Source: an uncultured archaeon
Lineage (GTDB): Archaea > Asgardarchaeota > Thorarchaeia > Thorarchaeales > Thorarchaeaceae
NCBI GenBank assembly: GCA_964648855.1
Contig: CAZYLT010000004.1
Span: forward strand, 1-32,000
DNA: 32,000 bases
Reading direction: 5' to 3'
A program made the translations under genes and the position numbers. The number at the start of each line of letters is the position of its first letter. The stretch's first letter is position 1. Below are positions 26,840 to 32,000 of this stretch, piece by piece. The notes beneath the pieces are model-generated. The model worked only from the letters and a program-made list of their open reading frames with translations, was not told the DNA's origin and did no database searches.

Positions 26840-26994
26840 ATCGCCTAGATGAGAGTTTCTAATGGGTAAAGAACAGCTCTTATATATCATGTAACCAAAT
26901 AATATACTAGATGCACAGCTTTGGGCTTGAACTTCTGAAACTGATACAGGTCCAGTCATATAGCCAAATATAGCAGCTTAGGTGAAATCAGCAA

Positions 26995-27519
26995 ATGTCA
27001 AAATCAAGCTTCAACAATGACCTATTCAGACTCGTAGTGGAAGAGATAGCTGGGAAAGAGGGGGTAGAGGTTGCTACGGTACTAGTGAACTCGGATGAAA
27101 CAACGGATGAGGAGATAGCCACCAAGACTGATTTGAAGCTTAATGTTGTGAGAAAGATTCTGTATAATCTGCATGATAATCATCTGGCATCATATCGTAG
27201 AATTCGTGATAGCAATACAGGTTGGTTTCTTTATTACTGGCGAATTGATCCGAAGAAGGCGCAGGCACTTGTGAATAGAAAGAAACGAATGGTGCTGAAT
27301 CTTCTTGAACAAAGATTAGAACACGAGAGTAACAATGACTTGTATGCCTGTGTAAATCGTGATTCCTCACCCGTTCCTTTTGAAGAGGCAATGAGTCTAT
27401 CATTTAGGTGTCCAAACTGTAATGAACCCCTTGAGTTTGTGGATAATGCCAAGGCCGTAAGTTTTCTCAAGAAGCGTGTAGAGGAACTTAAGGCAGATTT
27501 GGAAACAGCTTCTACATAG
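26995..27519 (+). CDS. tfe: Transcription factor E (TFIIE-alpha homolog)
   Basis: TDEEIA...VRKILY.L...GWFLYYW winged helix; Zn ribbon C...FRCPNC. Confidence 0.96.
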   Translation: MSKSSFNNDLFRLVVEEIAGKEGVEVATVLVNSDETTDEEIATKTDLKLNVVRKILYNLHDNHLASYRRIRDSNTGWFLYYWRIDPKKAQALVNRKKRMVLNLLEQRLEHESNNDLYACVNRDSSPVPFEEAMSLSFRCPNCNEPLEFVDNAKAVSFLKKRVEELKADLETAST

Positions 27520-27543
27520 TGCGCGTTCATTTTAGGAATACTT

Positions 27544-28326
27544 GTGGTCAGACAAATAGAAGGCGTTAGTGAAATGATAGAATTAACCTTACTAGCCCGT
27601 ATATACGGAGATTATCAGAATAGGCTTCTTCGTGATTTTGAGAGAGATCTTCATGAGAGGACGTCTGAGCTGGACATTCGGATTAGAAAAGTTTCAACTG
27701 ATGAGAGGGGTCATATCATTGTGGCTGTGGATGGAGAAGATGAAGAATTTGTCAGAAATACCCTAGCATCGGAATATGGAACAACTAATTCGTTCGAGTC
27801 CATTTCAACAACAAGTGAATATTCTGGACAGCTTCGAGACGTGGGAAAGGTGGGGTATGGAATCTATGTCGATATTGGTGTTACCGATCCTTCGATGAGT
27901 GATGCATTGGTACCGTTGCATAAGCTTCGTTCTCAGTTTGAGATGAGTGCATCTGTACGGACTATTGCAGGCTCTTTTGTACTCGTAGACAATTTTCCTG
28001 TCACAGTCAAAGTTTTGCACAAAGACGAAAGAAAGCTTGAGATTGAAGCTGAATTTACACCACAATTAATCGACCAATTGGATACGTGGAGCAATGACGA
28101 TCATCAGCGGCTCCTAGTATTTGGCGCCAATTGCGATATGGTCGATAGTGCACTTGAACGGACAAATCATAGACAGGATATCTACGAGATTGAGAGATTA
28201 GGACCATTCGAGTTCTCTCTGAGATGCAAACGTTCCACACGAGCAACAGGTATTATCGCTGCTATAGGGCCAATATTGAGAGGTGTTCCTATGCACCTCT
28301 TCATACCTCGAGAAATAGGTGACTAG
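27544..28326 (+). CDS. DUF2110 family protein
   Basis: GKVGYGIYVDIG, IERLG and GIIAAIG motifs; usual position after tfe; start may be the ATG at 27574. Confidence 0.85.
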   Translation: MVRQIEGVSEMIELTLLARIYGDYQNRLLRDFERDLHERTSELDIRIRKVSTDERGHIIVAVDGEDEEFVRNTLASEYGTTNSFESISTTSEYSGQLRDVGKVGYGIYVDIGVTDPSMSDALVPLHKLRSQFEMSASVRTIAGSFVLVDNFPVTVKVLHKDERKLEIEAEFTPQLIDQLDTWSNDDHQRLLVFGANCDMVDSALERTNHRQDIYEIERLGPFEFSLRCKRSTRATGIIAAIGPILRGVPMHLFIPREIGD

Positions 28327-29008
28327 TCGTATGCCACGCCTTGATGTCTGGCTGGTTGAGAATGGTCACTTTTCATCAAGACAAATGGCTAAGAGAGCTA
28401 TCAAACAAGGATTAGTAATAGTAAACGGAGAAGAAGCAAAACCCTCGAAACGAGTTACTGGAAAAGAAAACATTGTAATTTCCCCGAAAGCAAAGAACTA
28501 TCCTGGGGGCTATTTCAAGCTCAAGAGGTTGGATGAGTTATTTCCGAAACTTCAGTTTAATCAAGATATGGACGCGATTGATATCGGGAGCTCTGCGGGA
28601 GGATTTCTACATTATTTGAAAGACAAGGGCATGAGAGTTACTGGCATTGAGATTTCAGAGCAATTTGTAAAGATGCTAATTCCGCTTGTCCAGAACAATG
28701 AAGCTTTGTCTCTTATTGTTGCGGACGCATTTGAACTGGAGCCTGAGAAAGTCTTTGAGAAGAGGCAGTTTGATGTGTTGTTGATTGATGTGACCACAGA
28801 GATGGAGGGGACATTGGAACTCATTTTGTCATATCGTTCCATATTGAGGTCAGGTGGAATATTGATTGCTGCATTCAAATGTAATACAACTAATAATAAC
28901 CAAAAGCACTTAGTAAGAGAGGTGGGAAGCATGGGATTTGATTCTTTGAGGACAGTGGTCTTAGATGAATCAACTCAAGAGATCCACGTAGTAGGAAATA
29001 GACAATAA
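28319..29008 (+). CDS. S4-domain SAM-dependent RNA methyltransferase (TlyA/FtsJ-like)
   Basis: RLDVWL...SSRQMAK...G.V.VNG...KPS (S4), GYFKL, DIGSSAGGF, IDV. Confidence 0.88.
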   Translation: MTSRMPRLDVWLVENGHFSSRQMAKRAIKQGLVIVNGEEAKPSKRVTGKENIVISPKAKNYPGGYFKLKRLDELFPKLQFNQDMDAIDIGSSAGGFLHYLKDKGMRVTGIEISEQFVKMLIPLVQNNEALSLIVADAFELEPEKVFEKRQFDVLLIDVTTEMEGTLELILSYRSILRSGGILIAAFKCNTTNNNQKHLVREVGSMGFDSLRTVVLDESTQEIHVVGNRQ

Positions 29009-29045
29009 GTAATTCTTTTATGGTGACAAACAGGCACTGGTTTTA

Positions 29046-29123
29046 GGGCCGCTAGTCTAGCCCGGCTATGATGTCTCGCTTACACCGAGAAGATCGGTGG
29101 TTCAAATCCGCCGCGGCCCACCA
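29046..29123 (+). tRNA. tRNA-Val(UAC), intronless, CCA encoded
   Basis: GGGCCGC/GCGGCCC acceptor; TCTCG-CTTACAC-CGAGA; GGTGG-TTCAAAT-CCGCC. Confidence 0.97.
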
Positions 29124-29209
29124 TATTTCTTAATCACAGTATGAAATCAAGGTAGATGGATTGCCTACTATGGGTAAGATTGACTGTTTAGATGCAGCGA
29201 TATTGTCTG

Positions 29210-30247
29210 CTAGCCTTCGTACATCTCTCTCATCTTTGCTTTAGTAGGATTCTCGACTACTCCCTTCTCAGTGATGATTGCGGTGATGAGTTCGGGTGGC
29301 GTTATGTCGAATGCTGGGTTGTAGACCTTAGCATCGGGAGGAGTCACATACTCTCCATTAATGATGCGTATCTCGTCTGGATCCCGTTCTTCAATGTCAA
29401 CACTTTCCGGTCCGTTGTCAATATCCACTGTACTCGTAGGAGCAACAACATAGAAGGGAATATTGTGATGTTTCGCTGTGATGGCCATGGTGTAAGTTCC
29501 TATCTTATTAGTGACGTGTCCAGTTCCCAGAATTCTGTCACTTCCAACTACACAGCAGTCAACCATTCCCTGTTTGAAGACGGTTCCAATCATGCCATCA
29601 GTGATTAATGTAGTGTCTATATTATCCTCCATAAATTCGTAAACCGTCAATCTGGCTCCTTGTTGACGGGGACGAGTTTCTGCAGCAAATACACTGATAT
29701 TTCCACCATGTTCTTCATGGGCTACTCTGACCACTGCACCTACTGTGCCAAGATGGACTGTCGCCAGAGAACCGGCATTACAGATTGTCTGGATTGTGGC
29801 GCCGGATTCAATGAAGGGCAAAGCGTTTTCGCCAATAGCCCTGCACATTCGTACATCTTCTTCAGCAATTTCCTTTGCTTCCTCAATAAGTCGATCAATA
29901 ATAGATTCAACATCACCCTCGGTTGCCTTTGCAACTTGCAGCATTCGATTAGTCGCCCATGTCAAGTTCACAGCAGTGGGACGAGTGTTTAGGGTTTCAG
30001 CAGCAGTTTCCAAGTCTGAAATTAGCTGTTTCTTGGTTTCTGCGTTACTTTGCAAAGCAGCCAGTGCCATTCCCATTGCTGCAGCCGCACCTATGGCGGG
30101 AGCACCTCGGATTTCCATGACTTTGATAGATTCCGCTATGCGCTCATGGCTTCCAGTCACGATGAAAGCCTTGGTCAGTGGCAACTTTGTTTGGTCCACT
30201 AGTCGCACCTGGTTTTTTTCGTCTAACCATTCTATTGTCCGGTACAT
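29210..30247 (-). CDS. mtnA: Methylthioribose-1-phosphate isomerase (eIF2B-like family)
   Basis: DQTKLP, IRGAPAIG, TRPTAVNL, CNAGSLAT, ETRP..QGARLT, NKIGTY, NPAFDITP. Confidence 0.93.
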   Translation of the reverse strand: MYRTIEWLDEKNQVRLVDQTKLPLTKAFIVTGSHERIAESIKVMEIRGAPAIGAAAAMGMALAALQSNAETKKQLISDLETAAETLNTRPTAVNLTWATNRMLQVAKATEGDVESIIDRLIEEAKEIAEEDVRMCRAIGENALPFIESGATIQTICNAGSLATVHLGTVGAVVRVAHEEHGGNISVFAAETRPRQQGARLTVYEFMEDNIDTTLITDGMIGTVFKQGMVDCCVVGSDRILGTGHVTNKIGTYTMAITAKHHNIPFYVVAPTSTVDIDNGPESVDIEERDPDEIRIINGEYVTPPDAKVYNPAFDITPPELITAIITEKGVVENPTKAKMREMYEG

Positions 30248-30260
30248 CTTACTTACCTCT

Positions 30261-30749
30261 CTAGTATGTTTTCAAGATAGAGTCAATCATGCTAATAAGC
30301 TTCTTACCGATGACTTCCAATTCTGGAGTCATCCCCTCACCAAATTGGATATTTTGAGGTTGAATTCCTATCAAAATTGTGTCTGCATCGGTTTGTTGTT
30401 CAAGGTATTCCATCAACAGTGAGAGAGGCATGCTATGCGTGCTGATAGCAATGCCTCCAATTCGATCCTTTGTGACTAGCTCGATATGTCCCACAGGTTT
30501 TTGCATATCTGCAGCGTCGATAAGAATGACGCGATCAGCCCCAAATTCGGAGATTTTTCTTGTAAATGCCTCGGGTACAGATCCAACGTCTTTAATCAAT
30601 ACTTTATCATTGTTGGTCTGCAGATTGTCAACTACAAAAGGTCCAATTCCGTCGTCTGTTCTTAGGTCGTTTCCTATACCTAGGATTGCTACTCTTTTGC
30701 TATTGGACAGGAATTGCATGAGCTGTTCGGTCAATGCTGGATCAATCAC
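30261..30749 (-). CDS. Hydrogenase maturation protease (HycI-like)
   Basis: GIGNDLRTDDGIG, VPE, IDAAD, STHSMPL, IGIQP. Confidence 0.92.
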   Translation of the reverse strand: MIDPALTEQLMQFLSNSKRVAILGIGNDLRTDDGIGPFVVDNLQTNNDKVLIKDVGSVPEAFTRKISEFGADRVILIDAADMQKPVGHIELVTKDRIGGIAISTHSMPLSLLMEYLEQQTDADTILIGIQPQNIQFGEGMTPELEVIGKKLISMIDSILKTY

Positions 30750-30836
30750 ATGGAGGGGGTATCTTGTTTATGCTATAGTTCTTATCATCTGTCATGTCGA
30801 AGAGTTTTTCACACTAGTTATGCCGCCCACATATGA

Positions 30837-31472
30837 GTGTCAAAATTGTCTGAGAAGTATAACTCCGAGGAATCGGAGGAGGAGTCAAATATGGAGCTGA
30901 ATCAAGAGGAATCGGAGGAGGAGGAGGAGGAACCTTCTAAGGCAATCTTCGGCAAGACAAAAGCAATTGTTGACAAAAAAGATGCTGATAGAATTTCACA
31001 GCAAGGATTCTATGGAGAGAGGTTACCAAGTGGAGAACTAGAGCTATCTTCTATTGAAACACTTCATCTGATTGAACGAAGTCGGATTGTAGTTGAGGAC
31101 CGTGCTGGGAATATCATGGACGCAGAAGACATTGTGAGTAAAGTTTCCCAAAGGGAAAAAACTCTCTGGAGTAAGTATCTTGTATTTCGTGACCTTAGAA
31201 GTCGCGGTTATGCTGTTAGATCAGGATTCGGTTCAGGTATTGGGTTTAGAGTATATGAGAGAGGTGACAAGCCAGGAAACTCCGTTGCAAATCAGTTGGT
31301 ATACGTCTTGAAGGAGGCCGACCCCATATCGCTGAACGAGCTAGATTTGGTAACGGAAACAGCTGCTACGTCAAGAAAAGAACTTGTTTTTGCGCTGGTT
31401 GATCAAAATGGGGAGGTCAACTATTACACTGTAGCAAGAACTGAATTGCAGACAATAGGAGATGGTGAATAA
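30837..31472 (+). CDS. endA: tRNA-intron endonuclease subunit, probably non-catalytic/structural, with an acidic N-terminal tail
   Basis: LELSSIETLHL, YLVFRDLRSRGY, FRVY, RKELVFALVD..GEVNYY; no His at the catalytic position. Confidence 0.88.
   Translation: MSKLSEKYNSEESEEESNMELNQEESEEEEEEPSKAIFGKTKAIVDKKDADRISQQGFYGERLPSGELELSSIETLHLIERSRIVVEDRAGNIMDAEDIVSKVSQREKTLWSKYLVFRDLRSRGYAVRSGFGSGIGFRVYERGDKPGNSVANQLVYVLKEADPISLNELDLVTETAATSRKELVFALVDQNGEVNYYTVARTELQTIGDGE
30867..30923 (+). repeat. 18-bp direct repeat GAGGAATCGGAGGAGGAG (x2) encoding the poly-Glu tail of the EndA subunit
   Basis: Exact copies at 30867-30884 and 30906-30923. Confidence 0.85.
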
Positions 31473-32000
31473 TGAGGAAAGATTGGATTGATGATGATAA
31501 TTATGAGGAAGAGATAGTCACTCTGAACGCGTTCTTTGATGACCATACGATGAGTGTACATCTTGTAGAAAACAATCCGCCTCGTGCAAAACGGGGTTCG
31601 CCAGGAGATTGGAGTCTAGTAAAACTCTCTGATAGACTTCTTACACATGAAGAGTTGGACACGCTTGCCAAGGCAATAATGGAAACTGCAACGTATGACA
31701 GAGAGTCATTCATCGAAATTGAAGAAGATGGTGCGGCAGTTGTGCAGCTGAGAAACTTGCGAATAGCAATTGCAATGCCACCCTTTGCTGACAAATATGA
31801 GATATCCGCTATACGACCTATTATTAAACTCTCTATGGATGACTACCATCTTAGTTCTAAACTTATGAAACGACTTGAAACACGAGCCGAAGGAATACTC
31901 GTAACAGGGTCACCCGGCTCGGGAAAGAGTACCTTTTCTGCGGCATTAGCCGAATTCTATAGTTCCAAAGATAATATTGTAAAAACACTGGAACAACCGA
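31472..32000 (+). CDS. PINA-family (PINc/VapC-ATPase-type) P-loop ATPase lacking the N-terminal PIN domain, 3'-partial
   Basis: Not in the ORF track because it runs off the window. MRKDWIDDDNYEEEIVTLNAFFDDHTMSVHL...AKRGSPG...VVQL...IAIAMPPF...AEGILVTGSPGSGKSTF...VKTLEQP; ATG overlaps the endA stop (TAATG) with a GGTGA SD. Confidence 0.88.
   Translation, partial: MRKDWIDDDNYEEEIVTLNAFFDDHTMSVHLVENNPPRAKRGSPGDWSLVKLSDRLLTHEELDTLAKAIMETATYDRESFIEIEEDGAAVVQLRNLRIAIAMPPFADKYEISAIRPIIKLSMDDYHLSSKLMKRLETRAEGILVTGSPGSGKSTFSAALAEFYSSKDNIVKTLEQP

Noticed and set aside
26255-29008. mbf1-tfe-DUF2110-methyltransferase cluster as a new system
   Set aside because: It resembles a widely conserved archaeal gene neighbourhood.
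30261-30749. Orphan hydrogenase protease implying a hidden hydrogenase operon
   Set aside because: These proteases are commonly unlinked from their targets in archaea; no hydrogenase genes are present here.
29745-30900. Long plus-strand ORFs (225 aa, 173 aa)
   Set aside because: Antisense shadows of mtnA and the hydrogenase protease; the same applies to most short nested ORFs in the track.
1-32000. CRISPR array, rRNA or IS element
   Set aside because: No regularly spaced repeats, rRNA-like sequence, transposase motifs or terminal inverted repeats were seen.

Overview
Archaeal chromosomal window, most consistent with an Asgard (Thorarchaeia-like) genome. That assignment is my inference from gene content and protein style, not a database result. 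The left ~8.7 kb is an accessory, partly decaying region that looks GC-richer by eye. It holds a very large PD-(D/E)XK nuclease plus degenerate RecA-like protein split by one in-frame TAG, a TPR protein, a secreted protein, membrane proteins, and two small membrane genes with in-frame stops. The middle holds a HEAT-repeat protein, an SDR, tRNA-Tyr, an internally deleted pseudogene and a SagB-type nitroreductase. It also holds an unusual five-gene minus-strand run: a kinase, a membrane-anchored metallophosphoesterase, an ECF S component, EcfAA' and EcfT. Both the phosphoesterase and the S component carry a sulfite-oxidase/molybdopterin-binding-like domain lacking the Mo-ligand Cys. The right half is housekeeping: GH1, GDT1, gatD, gatE, pgk, mbf1, tfe, DUF2110, an S4-methyltransferase, mtnA, a hydrogenase protease, a His-less tRNA splicing endonuclease subunit, and a PINA-type ATPase without its PIN domain. 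There are five tRNA genes. tRNA-Arg(UCG) has a non-canonical D-loop intron with a clean BHB, and the Leu and Met introns share an 11-nt motif.
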